Assembly: GCA_045534395.1 (NCBI GenBank)
Contig: JAZSJP010000111.1
Location: 1-42,525 of the forward strand
DNA length: 42,525 bases
Direction: 5' to 3'
Source: Eubacteriales bacterium
GTDB taxonomy: Bacteria; Bacillota; Clostridia; Oscillospirales; UBA644
Shown here: piece after piece, positions 9,483 through 19,098 of the stretch
Numbering within the stretch: the first letter of the stretch is position 1
How the letters are laid out: each line of letters opens with the position of its first letter
Program-made: the position numbers and the translations under genes
Notes under the pieces: generated by a model
What the model was told of the DNA's origin: nothing
The model's input: the letters and a program-made list of their open reading frames with translations, nothing else
Database searches by the model: none

Positions 9483-10769
9483 TTACTTCCGTTCCAACTT
9501 GTCTTTGCCGCCCATGTAGGGTTTCAAGACTTCGGGAATGGTGACGGTGCCGTCTGCCTGCAGGTGGTTTTCCAAAAAGGCAATCAGCATTCTGGGGGGA
9601 GCCACCACGGTGTTGTTCAAGGTGTGCGCCAAATATTTCTTGCCGTCTTCTCCGTTGACGCGAATCTTCAGGCGGCGGGCTTGGGCATCTCCCAAATTGG
9701 AGCAAGAGCCCACTTCAAAGTACTTCTGCTGGCGGGGAGACCAGGCTTCCACGTCGATGGATTTCACCTTCAGGTCTGCCAAGTCTCCGGAGCAACATTC
9801 CAAGGTGCGAACGGGGATTTCCAAAGACCGGAACAGGTCTACGGTGTTTTGCCACAGCTTTTCAAACCACATGGGAGATTCTTCGGGCTTACAGATAACG
9901 ATCATTTCTTGTTTTTCAAACTGATGAATTCGATAAACGCCGCGCTCTTCGATGCCGTGCGCGCCTTTTTCCTTTCGGAAGCAGGGAGAATAGCTGGTCA
10001 GCGTCTGAGGAAGGGATGCTTCGGGCAAAATTTGATCAATAAATTTTCCGATCATGGAGTGTTCGCTGGTGCCGATCAAATACAGGTCTTCCCCTTCGAT
10101 CTTATACATCATGGCTTCCATTTCCGCAAAGGACATAACGCCGGTGACGACGTCGGAGCGAATCATGAAGGGGGGCACGCAATAGGTAAATCCGCGGTCG
10201 ATCATAAAGTCGCGCGCGTAGGAAATGACGGCGGAATGAAGGCGTGCAATGTCGCCCATGAGATAATAGAATCCGTTTCCGGCAACGCGGCGGGCGGCGT
10301 CTAAGTCGATTCCTTTGAACATTTCCATGATTTCCGTGTGGTAGGGAATTTCAAAATCGGGAACGACGGGATCTCCGTACCGCTGAACTTCCACGTTTTC
10401 GCTGTCGTCTTTTCCGATGGGAACGGTGGGGTCGATGATTTGGGGGATTACCATCATTTTCTTGGTCAATTCCTCGTTGACGGCGGCTTCCCGTTTGGAG
10501 AGTTCGTCGATTTTTGCTCCGTCGTTGGCGACTTCTGCCTTGACCGCTTCTGCCTCTTCTTTCTTTCCCTGCCCCATGAGCATGCCGATCTGCTTGGAGA
10601 TTTTATTGCGTTTTGCCCGCAAAACTTCCACTTCTTGCTTGATTTCCCGCAATTCTTTGTCCAGGGCAATAACTTCGTCCACTAAAACCAATTTGCCGTC
10701 TTGGAACTTTTTGCGGATATTTTCCTTTACCAAGTCGGGATTTTCCCGCACGAATTTAATGTCTAACAT
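9483..10769 (-). CDS. serS: Serine--tRNA ligase
   Basis: 428 aa with MLDIKFVRENPDLVKENIRKK, an N-terminal coiled-coil arm and a class II core (CFRKEKGAHG...RIHQFEKQE). Confidence 0.96.
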   Translation of the reverse strand: MLDIKFVRENPDLVKENIRKKFQDGKLVLVDEVIALDKELREIKQEVEVLRAKRNKISKQIGMLMGQGKKEEAEAVKAEVANDGAKIDELSKREAAVNEELTKKMMVIPQIIDPTVPIGKDDSENVEVQRYGDPVVPDFEIPYHTEIMEMFKGIDLDAARRVAGNGFYYLMGDIARLHSAVISYARDFMIDRGFTYCVPPFMIRSDVVTGVMSFAEMEAMMYKIEGEDLYLIGTSEHSMIGKFIDQILPEASLPQTLTSYSPCFRKEKGAHGIEERGVYRIHQFEKQEMIVICKPEESPMWFEKLWQNTVDLFRSLEIPVRTLECCSGDLADLKVKSIDVEAWSPRQQKYFEVGSCSNLGDAQARRLKIRVNGEDGKKYLAHTLNNTVVAPPRMLIAFLENHLQADGTVTIPEVLKPYMGGKDKLERK

Positions 10770-10772
10770 AGT

Positions 10773-11645
10773 TTATACTCCTTCTTCGGGAATGAGCCGA
10801 GCGATCAAGTCATTCAGGTCATCCGTGTTGTAAAATTCCAATTCGATTTTGCCCTTTGCTTTGCCTCTGGGAGCGGAAATTTTTACCTTGCGCCCAAAGG
10901 AGCGGGTCATAGACGTTTCCAATTCCGTCAGATAGACGTCCTTTTTCTTGACGGGGCGGGGCGCTTTTTTGCCCAACCTCGCCCGTACCAAGGCTTCGGT
11001 CTCCCGTACCGAAAGATTTTTTTCCGAAACCATCGTTGCAATTTTTAAGACTTCCTCTTCGCTCAATACTTCGCAAAGGGGGAGCAGGGTGCGGGCGTGT
11101 CCCGAGGAGAGATTTCCGCTTAATATCAAGGTTAAAACCTTTTGGGGTAAGGCTAAGATGCGCAGTGCGTTTGCTACGGCGGGACGGGATTTGCCCACCT
11201 TCGCGGCAACCTGTTCTTGGGTCATGGAATACTCGTTCATTAAAACGCGGTATCCTTCCGCTTCTTCCACGACGTTCAGGTCTTCCCGTTGCAGATTTTC
11301 AATCAATCCTAATTCTAAGGCGGAGCGGTCGTCTTCTTCCCGAATGACTACGGGAACTTCTTGCAATCCCGCCATGCGGCAAGCGCGCCAACGGCGTTCT
11401 CCCGAAATGATTTGATAGCGGCCGCCGTCAATGGCGCGAACCACTAAGGGTTGCAGCAGTCCGTTTGCGGCGATGGAATCCGCTAAAACTTGCAACGCTT
11501 CCTTATCAAAGTATTTGCGGGGTTGTTTTTTGTTGGGCTCCACCGCTTGTAAAGAAACGGTTCGAATAGGGCCTTCGGCGACGATATCGTCGGTGGCATT
11601 GTCAAACAACAGTGCGTCCAGACCCTTTCCTAATCCTTTTTTCAT
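10773..11645 (-). CDS. parB: Chromosome partitioning protein ParB/Spo0J
   Basis: Starts MKKGLGKGLDALL. Contains the ParB box GERRWRA and an HTH region. The ATG at 11645 follows aaaggacaacgct. The longer ORF start at 11690 would run across a parS site. Confidence 0.92.
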   Translation of the reverse strand: MKKGLGKGLDALLFDNATDDIVAEGPIRTVSLQAVEPNKKQPRKYFDKEALQVLADSIAANGLLQPLVVRAIDGGRYQIISGERRWRACRMAGLQEVPVVIREEDDRSALELGLIENLQREDLNVVEEAEGYRVLMNEYSMTQEQVAAKVGKSRPAVANALRILALPQKVLTLILSGNLSSGHARTLLPLCEVLSEEEVLKIATMVSEKNLSVRETEALVRARLGKKAPRPVKKKDVYLTELETSMTRSFGRKVKISAPRGKAKGKIELEFYNTDDLNDLIARLIPEEGV

Positions 11646-11660
11646 AGCGTTGTCCTTTCG

Positions 11661-11676
11661 TGTTTCACGTGAAACA
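11661..11676. promoter_or_regulatory. parS centromere-like site
   Basis: TGTTTCACGTGAAACA, a perfect 16-bp palindrome matching the Firmicutes parS consensus TGTTNCACGTGAAACA, located in the parA-parB gap. Confidence 0.9.
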
Positions 11677-11704
11677 TTTCTGTTTTTCATTGTATTTGCA
11701 ATGG

Positions 11705-12481
11705 TTACAGGAATTTCTTTTTCTGATTTTTAATGACTTCCTGTGCCAAGTCCCGGTAGGCAATGGCGCCTTTTGCGTGCTTGTCGTAGTAGTTGATGGG
11801 TTCGCCGTGGCTGGGGGCTTCGCTGATGCGGACGTTTCGGGGAATGACGGTTTTGAAAATCTTTCCCGCAAAATATTTTTTTACTTCCGCAAGAACTTGG
11901 GTCGTCAGATTCAGTCGCCCGTCGTACATGGTAATGAGGATTCCCTCAATGTCTAAGGTGGGGTTGTACAATCGGCGCACCTGACGAATGGTGTTGGTTA
12001 GTTGAGAAAGTCCTTCCAGGGCGTAAAATTCGCATTGAATGGGAATCAGCACCGTGTGGGCACAGACCAAGGCGTTCAGAGTCAGCAATCCCAAAGACGG
12101 CGGACAGTCAATAAGCACGAAAACAAAATCCACGGAAAAAGGCTGATTCAACGCGTTTTTCAAGCATTGCTCCCGCTTTTCCATTTCTACCAATTCTACT
12201 TCGGCGCCTGCGAGATCCATGTTGGAAGGAAGGATCCAAAGGCTCTTGAATTTGGTTTGGGCAACGGCGTCTCCCAACGTTGCATTGCCTACCATTACTT
12301 GATAGAGGGACGCTTTGATCTGTCGCTTGTTGATGCCACAGCCGGAAGTTGCGTTGCCTTGAGGGTCTAAGTCTACCAACAAGACTTTTTTCCCTGCCTC
12401 TGCCAAGCAAGAAGCCAAATTGACGACGCTGGTAGTCTTCCCCACGCCGCCCTTTTGATTTGCTACTGCAATGATCTTCAT
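11705..12481 (-). CDS. parA: Chromosome partitioning ATPase ParA/Soj
   Basis: 258 aa with the deviant Walker A KGGVGKTT, then LLVDLDPQGNATSG. Confidence 0.93.
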   Translation of the reverse strand: MKIIAVANQKGGVGKTTSVVNLASCLAEAGKKVLLVDLDPQGNATSGCGINKRQIKASLYQVMVGNATLGDAVAQTKFKSLWILPSNMDLAGAEVELVEMEKREQCLKNALNQPFSVDFVFVLIDCPPSLGLLTLNALVCAHTVLIPIQCEFYALEGLSQLTNTIRQVRRLYNPTLDIEGILITMYDGRLNLTTQVLAEVKKYFAGKIFKTVIPRNVRISEAPSHGEPINYYDKHAKGAIAYRDLAQEVIKNQKKKFL

Positions 12482-12552
12482 GTGTGTGTCTCCTTAGAGT
12501 AGTACGCTTATTTTACCATATTATAAAAAGAAAATCAAGAGGGGGAAAGGAA

Positions 12553-12568
12553 TGTTTCACGTGAAACA
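12553..12568. promoter_or_regulatory. parS centromere-like site
   Basis: A second perfect TGTTTCACGTGAAACA, about 70 bp upstream of parA. Confidence 0.9.
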
Positions 12569-12683
12569 TTGCAGAAAAATGTGATAAAATCAAGGGAAAT
12601 CAACGTTTTTAAACTATTTGCAAATTTTGCACGTTCACGCTTTTTCCGGTGGTGCCATAGGATAAAATGGAAGGAGCGGTTGC

Positions 12684-13031
12684 ATGGAGATTGTTTTTCA
12701 AGGATTGGTGGCGTTGTTTGCCTTAATCGGATTGTTTGGAGTTTTTTGGCGTTTGATTCTTCTTTGCGTGGGAGAAAAAATGAAGAGAGAATCCCTGCGG
12801 ATTTTGGTGAAAGTTCAGGACGAGACCGACCCCGTTGCCCTCATGGAAGATTTGCAAAAATTATCGTATTCTCTGATTTTTTGCCGGGATTTGCGCCTTT
12901 GGCTGGTTTGCCCCAAAGGAGGCAAACAAGAAAAACTTTGTCGCTATTTGGCACAACAAAATCCTTTGGTTCGGGTTCTTGCCCCGGAGCAACTAAAAGA
13001 CGAAACCAAGGCGTTTTGGGAAGAATTATGA
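12684..13031 (+). CDS. Hypothetical protein with an N-terminal transmembrane anchor
   Basis: 115 aa. The ATG follows ggaaggagcggttgc. The N-terminal segment VALFALIGLFGVFWRLILLCV is hydrophobic. No family recognised. Confidence 0.55.
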   Translation: MEIVFQGLVALFALIGLFGVFWRLILLCVGEKMKRESLRILVKVQDETDPVALMEDLQKLSYSLIFCRDLRLWLVCPKGGKQEKLCRYLAQQNPLVRVLAPEQLKDETKAFWEEL

Positions 13032-13053
13032 GCGCCTTTCGGCGCTCATTTGT
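13028..13053. terminator. Hairpin between convergent genes (likely bidirectional terminator)
   Basis: atgagcgcc-tttc-ggcgctcat followed by ttgt. Confidence 0.55.
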
Positions 13054-14606
13054 CATTCGGCTTTGACACGCTCTGCAAGAGCGGTTTTTAAATCCTCGTC
13101 CGGGGACGAGCCGTCCAAAAAGTCAAAGGAAATCTCTCCAATAATGACGGCGTTGGATTTGGAAAGTGTCTGTGCAAAAGATTTGGAAACAGAGACAAAA
13201 CCCTTGATATTCCCGGGATATAGGGTTGTGATGCCTTCCAAAGAAACCTTCCCCGCAGCAATCTGTTCTTCGGTCAAAAAGCGCACTCGGCGTGTTCCGT
13301 TTTCCGAAAGAGTTTTCCAAAGGTCTCCGTAAAGAGCATCGTAGGACTTGGGCGGTTCTTGTTCTCCTAAGGCGTTGGAAAAAATCAGAATTCCCCGAGT
13401 GGGATCTTGCTCCGCCAAAGGTTGTTGCTTGGCAAGAAGTTGGGGGTAGGTTTTTAGGGTTTCTTTATGGGCGTCCAACTGTTCTTTTGTAAAGTTTGCG
13501 GTAGACAAGGAAAAAACTTGATGCTTTCCGCAAATTTCCCCTTGTGCCGCAACGTTTCTCCCCTCTTCCAATGCCCACGCGCCGTCCAATTCCACGGCAA
13601 TCTTTTTGTCGGTCAGCGAGGTGAGTAGTGCGAGCATCATATCGGCGTCGGCACCGTCGCTAAGGGAAAGTCCCACGATGTCAAAATCGTGTTGCTCCAC
13701 GGCTTGCCAAAGGTCAACCACGCCGGAAAATGCCGTATTCATGCCGTTTCCGTAAGTTCCCAAGGAGAACAAGATGGGAACCGACGCATCAGCGCTGCGG
13801 TAGATATCCACCATAATTTCTAAGAAATCAAAAAGTTGTTTTTGCCGGAATCGGCGCCAATCAACTGCGCAGGCGTCGGTGACGTCTTTGGGATTCATGG
13901 CTTCTAATTCGGAGCGATTGGAAACGTTGATTTTTCTCGCGTTTGCAAGGTTTTGCCAAGAGCCGTAGGTGTCTTTCAATTGGTCGTAAAAGCCGCGGAG
14001 CGATCCTTCGGAATAATCCAGATCGGCATTGACCGAAAAGTCAAATTCTCCAAAGCACGAGAGGCGAACGCCCCATCGGGTCAAAACGCTTCCGTAGGTT
14101 TCGGCGGCGTGAAGGGCAAAGTTTTGCAGGGTATTCTCCACCGTCTTTCGGGTTTTGGGATCGGAAAAAGAAAGGAAGGAGCCGCGATCTTCTACGGTGT
14201 AAACTCCGCCGCTTTCGGTTTTTTGCAGAGCCAACTCGTCTGCCCAGGACAGGTCTTTCGTCCAAAGCAATGGCTGTAAGGAAATGTTTAACCCGGCGTC
14301 GGAAAAGATTTCAACGACTTTGTCCAAATACGCCCAATTAAAGTGCCCCTTGACGGGCTCGAACGCCGACCAAAGGACCCCGAAGTCAAGAGCGGTAAAT
14401 CCGCATTCTTTCGCCTTTTTTGCGTAATCTAACGCATCTTCTTCCGAGACGATCTGCCACGACCACACCGTCAGATACACGTGGTTGGAATTGCGAATTT
14501 CTGCGGCTTGCTCTTTCTCGTAATTTCCGCTGCTCGCGGGGGAGCAAGCGCTGGTGAAAAGCAATATCGGAATCAAAAGAAAAGTAAGAATGATTTTTAT
14601 TCTCAT
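13053..14606 (-). CDS. Putative secreted glycoside hydrolase lipoprotein (GH42-like TIM-barrel N-terminal region)
   Basis: The ATG at 14606 follows gaaaggagaaaaa. Signal peptide with lipobox LLFTSAC. WSWQ...AKECGFTALDFGVLWSAFEPVKGHFNWAYLDKVVEIF resembles the GH42 beta-galactosidase N-terminal pattern. Confidence 0.65.
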   Translation of the reverse strand: MRIKIILTFLLIPILLFTSACSPASSGNYEKEQAAEIRNSNHVYLTVWSWQIVSEEDALDYAKKAKECGFTALDFGVLWSAFEPVKGHFNWAYLDKVVEIFSDAGLNISLQPLLWTKDLSWADELALQKTESGGVYTVEDRGSFLSFSDPKTRKTVENTLQNFALHAAETYGSVLTRWGVRLSCFGEFDFSVNADLDYSEGSLRGFYDQLKDTYGSWQNLANARKINVSNRSELEAMNPKDVTDACAVDWRRFRQKQLFDFLEIMVDIYRSADASVPILFSLGTYGNGMNTAFSGVVDLWQAVEQHDFDIVGLSLSDGADADMMLALLTSLTDKKIAVELDGAWALEEGRNVAAQGEICGKHQVFSLSTANFTKEQLDAHKETLKTYPQLLAKQQPLAEQDPTRGILIFSNALGEQEPPKSYDALYGDLWKTLSENGTRRVRFLTEEQIAAGKVSLEGITTLYPGNIKGFVSVSKSFAQTLSKSNAVIIGEISFDFLDGSSPDEDLKTALAERVKAE

Positions 14607-14841
14607 TTTTTCTCCTTTCAAAAAAGCGGCGATGTCGGGATATATTTTTTTCAGTATAGCATATTTTGGGGGAATTGTCAAATTTTCCGCTTGCAAAAAA
14701 AATGCAAACTTATAAAGTTTTTTTTGGAAAATCATTGACAAATGCCCCCTTATCATGTATAATATAGTATTATAATATATATTGGGAAGTGTCGCCCAGA
14801 CGCTCCTCTCTCATATTTACCCAGGACAGGAGAAAAAAATC

Positions 14842-16761
14842 ATGGGAATGAACATCGTGCAAAAAATCATTAAGAACCATCTGGTTTCCGGGGAAATGAT
14901 TCCCGGCAAAGAGATTGCCATTCGCATCGACCAGACTTTGACCCAAGACGCAACGGGTACCATGGCATATCTGCAATTTGAAGCCATTGGGATTCCTCGG
15001 GTGCGCACCGAGTGTTCCGTGGCGTATATCGACCACAACACGCTGCAGACCGGCTTTGAAAACGCCGACGACCATCGTTATATTCAATCTTGCTGTGAAA
15101 AATACGGCTTGTACTATTCCCGTCCCGGCAACGGAATTTGCCACCAAGTGCATCTGGAACGCTTCGGCGCTCCCGGGAAGACCCTGTTGGGAAGCGATTC
15201 CCATACCCCCACCGGCGGCGGAATCGGTATGATGGCCATCGGTGCCGGCGGCTTGGACGTTGCCGTTGCCATGGGTGGCGGTGCGTTCCATTTGAATATG
15301 CCTGAGGTGATTCGGGTAAACTTACACGGAAAATTGCGTGCCGGCGTTGCGGCAAAGGATATTATCCTGAAACTTTTGGAGATCCTTTCGGTCAAGGGCG
15401 GCGTCGGAAAAGTGATTGAATACGGCGGAGATCTGTCTTCTCTCACCGTTCCCGAACGTGCTACGATTACGAATATGGGTGCCGAATTGGGCGCTACCAC
15501 TTCCATTTTCCCCGCCGATGACGTGACCCGCGCTTTCTTGGAAGCTCAAAAGCGGGGCGACGTGTTCGTTCCCTTGGCGGCGGACGAAGACGCGGAATAT
15601 TCCCGTGTCATCGACATTGACCTTTCGACTTTGGAACCCCTTGCCGCGTGTCCCCATTCTCCCGACAATATCAAGTCCATCAAGGAATTGGAAGGGAAGA
15701 AGGTCGATCAAGTCTGTATCGGTTCTTGTACCAACTCTTCTTATTTGGATCTGATGAAGGTTGCCAAAATTTTGAAGGGTAAGACCGTGGCAGAGCACGT
15801 TTCTTTGGTCATTGCTCCCGGTTCCAAGCAAGTTTTGGATATGCTTGCCAAAAACGGTGCGTTGAGTGATATTATTTCCGCCGGTGCCCGTATTTTGGAA
15901 TGTGCTTGCGGTCCTTGTATCGGTATGGGACAGGCTCCCAATTCTGCCGGGGTTTCTCTGCGTACCTTTAACCGTAATTTCGAAGGACGTTCCGGCACCG
16001 CGGACGGTCAGATCTATTTGGTCTCTCCCGAAACGGCCGCCGTATCCGCTCTGACGGGAGTCTTTACCGATCCCATGACGAAAGTTCCCGATCTGACGGT
16101 GGAAATGCCCAAGGAATTTGAAATTAACGATAATATGATCGTCAAGCCCTATCCCGTCGATCATGAATGCGAAGTGGTCTACGGCCCCAATATCAAGCCC
16201 TTCCCCCTGAACAAAGAATTGGCGGAAACCCTGTCTGCCAAGGCGGTTCTGAAGGTGGGTGATAACATTACCACCGACCACATTATGCCGGCGGGCGCCA
16301 AGATTTTGCCCTTCCGCTCCAACATTCCTTATTTGTCTCAGTTCTGCTTCGGCGTGTGCGACAAATCCTTCCCCGAGCGCGCTTTGGAATGGGGCGGCGG
16401 ATTCGTTATCGGCGGACAGAATTACGGACAGGGTTCTTCCCGTGAGCACGCCGCGCTGGTTCCCCTGTACTTAGGCGTCAAGGCTGTGGTGGCAAAATCC
16501 TTTGCCCGTATTCACGCCGCAAACCTCATTAACTCGGGGATTCTGCCCCTGACCTTTGAAAACGAGGCGGATTACGACCGCATTGACCAGGGGGACGAAT
16601 TGGAAATTCCCGCCATTCGTAAAAACGTGGAAGACGGCACTCCCATGGTGCTCGTCAACAAGACCAAGGGCATCGAAATTCCTCTGACCACCGTCTTTAC
16701 CGACCGTCAGAAGAAGATGATTTTGGCGGGCGGACTTCTCAACGCCACCAAGAACGGCTGA
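14842..16761 (+). CDS. acn: Aconitate hydratase
   Basis: About 640 aa starting from the ATG after caggagaaaaaaatc. Contains IDQTLTQDATG, GNGICHQVHLE, LLGSDSHTPTGGG, the Fe-S ligand region CIGSCTNSS...ACGPCIGMG, and a swivel domain with NYGQGSSREHAA. Confidence 0.92.
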   Translation: MGMNIVQKIIKNHLVSGEMIPGKEIAIRIDQTLTQDATGTMAYLQFEAIGIPRVRTECSVAYIDHNTLQTGFENADDHRYIQSCCEKYGLYYSRPGNGICHQVHLERFGAPGKTLLGSDSHTPTGGGIGMMAIGAGGLDVAVAMGGGAFHLNMPEVIRVNLHGKLRAGVAAKDIILKLLEILSVKGGVGKVIEYGGDLSSLTVPERATITNMGAELGATTSIFPADDVTRAFLEAQKRGDVFVPLAADEDAEYSRVIDIDLSTLEPLAACPHSPDNIKSIKELEGKKVDQVCIGSCTNSSYLDLMKVAKILKGKTVAEHVSLVIAPGSKQVLDMLAKNGALSDIISAGARILECACGPCIGMGQAPNSAGVSLRTFNRNFEGRSGTADGQIYLVSPETAAVSALTGVFTDPMTKVPDLTVEMPKEFEINDNMIVKPYPVDHECEVVYGPNIKPFPLNKELAETLSAKAVLKVGDNITTDHIMPAGAKILPFRSNIPYLSQFCFGVCDKSFPERALEWGGGFVIGGQNYGQGSSREHAALVPLYLGVKAVVAKSFARIHAANLINSGILPLTFENEADYDRIDQGDELEIPAIRKNVEDGTPMVLVNKTKGIEIPLTTVFTDRQKKMILAGGLLNATKNG

Positions 16762-16762
16762 T

Positions 16763-17131
16763 ATGAAAGCCTTGATTTCTGCAATCAACCGCTGGTTTGC
16801 CCCGGCACTGTATCTTTCTTACGCAGGGTTGTGCCTGATTCTCTTCGGCGTTACGCCCAACGGGAAATTAGGCTTGCTCTTTGCCCTTCTCTGGGCGGTG
16901 GTGACTGCCGTCGCCTTGCGATGGGGCGTTTGGGGAATTTTAAAATCGGCACGCAAGCACACCGACCCCACGGAATGGAAGATTCTTCTTCGCGTGACGG
17001 AAGGGTTGTTGCTTCTGCTGACGATAACGGCGTTGGTTTTTGCCGTTATATTGCGAGAAATTCCCGCCGTTTGGCTCTTTTTCCCCTTGCCTCTCTTCGG
17101 GTTGCGGGGAGCTTTTGCGTGGGAAGAATAG
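16763..17131 (+). CDS. Small integral membrane protein (about 4 hydrophobic helices)
   Basis: 122 aa. The start lies 1 nt after the aconitase stop, suggesting translational coupling. No family recognised. Confidence 0.5.
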   Translation: MKALISAINRWFAPALYLSYAGLCLILFGVTPNGKLGLLFALLWAVVTAVALRWGVWGILKSARKHTDPTEWKILLRVTEGLLLLLTITALVFAVILREIPAVWLFFPLPLFGLRGAFAWEE

Positions 17132-17173
17132 AACTTAGGTATTGAAAATTTTAACCAAATAGGAGATATAAGT

Positions 17174-18328
17174 ATGTACGAAGCACAAATTCAAGCGGCA
17201 ACCGAAAAATTTGCCGCGTTGTTGGAAGAACAGTTGAAACGCGTGGACGGTCTGAAGTCCCAAGGGGATTTTGTGGACTATTCCAAGCTGGATAAAATCA
17301 TCATCGGTGTTTGCGGCGGAGACGGCATCGGCCCCACCATTACCGCCCAATCTCGTCGGGTGTTGGAGTACCTTTTGGCGGATCAAGTTAAGGCAGGCAA
17401 GGTGGAATTCCGCAATATTGACGGCTTAACCATTGAAAATCGCGTCAAGGTTATGAAAGCCATTCCCGACGACGTTATGGAAGAATTGAAGGCTTGCCAC
17501 GTCATTCTGAAGGGACCCACCCATACGCCCAATGCCGGCGACGGATACCCCAACATTGAATCTGCAAACGTTGCCATGCGGAAGGCGCTTGACCTGTTTG
17601 CCAACGTCCGTCCCGTCAAGGTTCCCGACCAAGGCATTGATTGGACCTTCTTCCGAGAAAATACCGAGGGCGGATACGCCGTAGGCTCCAAGGGCGTCAA
17701 CGTGTCCGAGGATTTGGGCATCGACTTTACCGTGGCTACCACCCAAGGGTGCGACCGCATTGCGGAAATTGCCTTTGATTACGCCAAGAAAAACGGGAAA
17801 ACTCGCGTAGAAGTCGTCACCAAAGCAAACATTATCAAAACTACCGACGGCAAGTTCCTGGAACGGTGCCATAAGATTGCGGAACAGTATCCCGACATTC
17901 AGCTGAACGAATGGTTTATCGATATTATGACGGCAAAATTGATTGACGAAAAGCGCCGTCGCGACTTCCAGGTATTCGTTCTGCCCAATCTGTACGGCGA
18001 TATCATCACCGACGAAGCCGCCGAATTCCAAGGCGGCGTGGGGACGGCAGGCTCTGCCAACATCGGTAAAAAATACGCTATGTTCGAAGCTATTCACGGG
18101 GATGCTCCCCGTATGGTACGGGAAGGTCGTGCAAAATACGCCGACCCCTCTTCCATGCTCCGTGCCGCCGTATTGTTGCTCTCTCATATCGGTTATCAGG
18201 CGGAATCGGATAAACTTTCCGCGGCGTTGGACGAATGTATGTTCACCGAGCGCAAGTTGGTTGTCACCGGCAGAGATACCGGCTGCACCGGCGACGAATA
18301 CGCCGATTACGTGATGAGTAAACTGTAA
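17174..18328 (+). CDS. Isocitrate/isopropylmalate dehydrogenase family protein, probably isocitrate dehydrogenase
   Basis: 384 aa with family motifs ILKGPTHTP, FRENTEG and NLYGDIITDEAAEFQGGVGTAGSANIG. Its position downstream of aconitase favours IDH. Confidence 0.82.
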   Translation: MYEAQIQAATEKFAALLEEQLKRVDGLKSQGDFVDYSKLDKIIIGVCGGDGIGPTITAQSRRVLEYLLADQVKAGKVEFRNIDGLTIENRVKVMKAIPDDVMEELKACHVILKGPTHTPNAGDGYPNIESANVAMRKALDLFANVRPVKVPDQGIDWTFFRENTEGGYAVGSKGVNVSEDLGIDFTVATTQGCDRIAEIAFDYAKKNGKTRVEVVTKANIIKTTDGKFLERCHKIAEQYPDIQLNEWFIDIMTAKLIDEKRRRDFQVFVLPNLYGDIITDEAAEFQGGVGTAGSANIGKKYAMFEAIHGDAPRMVREGRAKYADPSSMLRAAVLLLSHIGYQAESDKLSAALDECMFTERKLVVTGRDTGCTGDEYADYVMSKL

Positions 18329-18340
18329 AAGCCATAGGGT

Positions 18341-18490
18341 GTTCCTTTCTTTCTTTTCCCGAGAAAAGAAAGAAAGGAACCGAAAGAAAGAAAAGCGAAA
18401 TTCGGCGAATTGCATTCGCCGAGGCAGAATCTTTTTTATACCTCTTCCCCCTGACGCAAGGATTGCGTCAGCCTTGGCTTTTCTTTTTAA
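18341..18490. repeat. Family A repeat element (left module, centre, inverted hairpin and spacer)
   Basis: gttcctttctttcttttc-ccga-gaaaagaaagaaaggaac + cgaaagaaagaaaagc + ttcggcgaat-tgc-attcgccgag, then later ctgacgcaa-gga-ttgcgtcag + ccttggcttttctttt. Confidence 0.85.
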
Positions 18491-18557
18491 GTGAGACCCA
18501 AAAAATTCAAGCCGAAGGCGCAGTATTTTTTGCCGGTCGACACTTATGCAGAGGCAG

Positions 18558-18591
18558 GTTCTTTTTCTTTTCTTCCGAAAAGAAAAAGAAC
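18558..18591. repeat. Isolated family A palindrome
   Basis: gttctttttcttttc-ttcc-gaaaagaaaaagaac, about 35 bp upstream of smpB. Confidence 0.8.
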
Positions 18592-18626
18592 ATCAATTCT
18601 CGTAAACTTTCAGAAAGGAGTCTCCC

Positions 18627-19088
18627 ATGAAACAGCCTTCGGTCAAGGTGATTGCCAACAACAAAAAGGCGTATCACGACTATTTTGTAGAAGAAAAATT
18701 GGAAGCGGGCATTTCTCTTGCGGGCACGGAAGTCAAGTCGGTCCGCATGGGGCGGGTGAATCTCAAGGATTCCTATTGTTCTGTCAAAAACGGGGAGATG
18801 CTCCTTTTGGGCGCTCATATTTCTCCCTACGAAAAGGGGAATATTTTCAACAAAGACCCTTTACGGGAGCGTAAGTTATTGTTGCACCGCAAGGAGATCG
18901 ACCGACTTTTCGGCAAAGTCAAGCAAGACGGGTATTCCTTGATTCCCTTGCAGATGTATCTCAAAGGTGCTTACGTCAAGGTGGAGCTTGGTCTTTGCAA
19001 AGGTAAAAAACTGTACGATAAGCGGGAAGCCGCCGCCAAACAATCGGCAAAACGAGACATGGAACGCTCCATGAAGATCGAACGATAG
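18627..19088 (+). CDS. smpB: SsrA-binding protein SmpB
   Basis: 153 aa with [32 protein letters not shown] and LLLHRKEI. Confidence 0.95.
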   Translation: MKQPSVKVIANNKKAYHDYFVEEKLEAGISLAGTEVKSVRMGRVNLKDSYCSVKNGEMLLLGAHISPYEKGNIFNKDPLRERKLLLHRKEIDRLFGKVKQDGYSLIPLQMYLKGAYVKVELGLCKGKKLYDKREAAAKQSAKRDMERSMKIER

Positions 19089-19098
19089 GAGAACGGAA

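Noticed and set aside
4557-9705. ORFs 4557-4772 + and 9259-9705 -, which encode KKERKKSTKRKK-like stretches.
   Set aside because: They are read through the polypurine/polypyrimidine palindromes of family A. There is no RBS, and the reading frames differ between copies.
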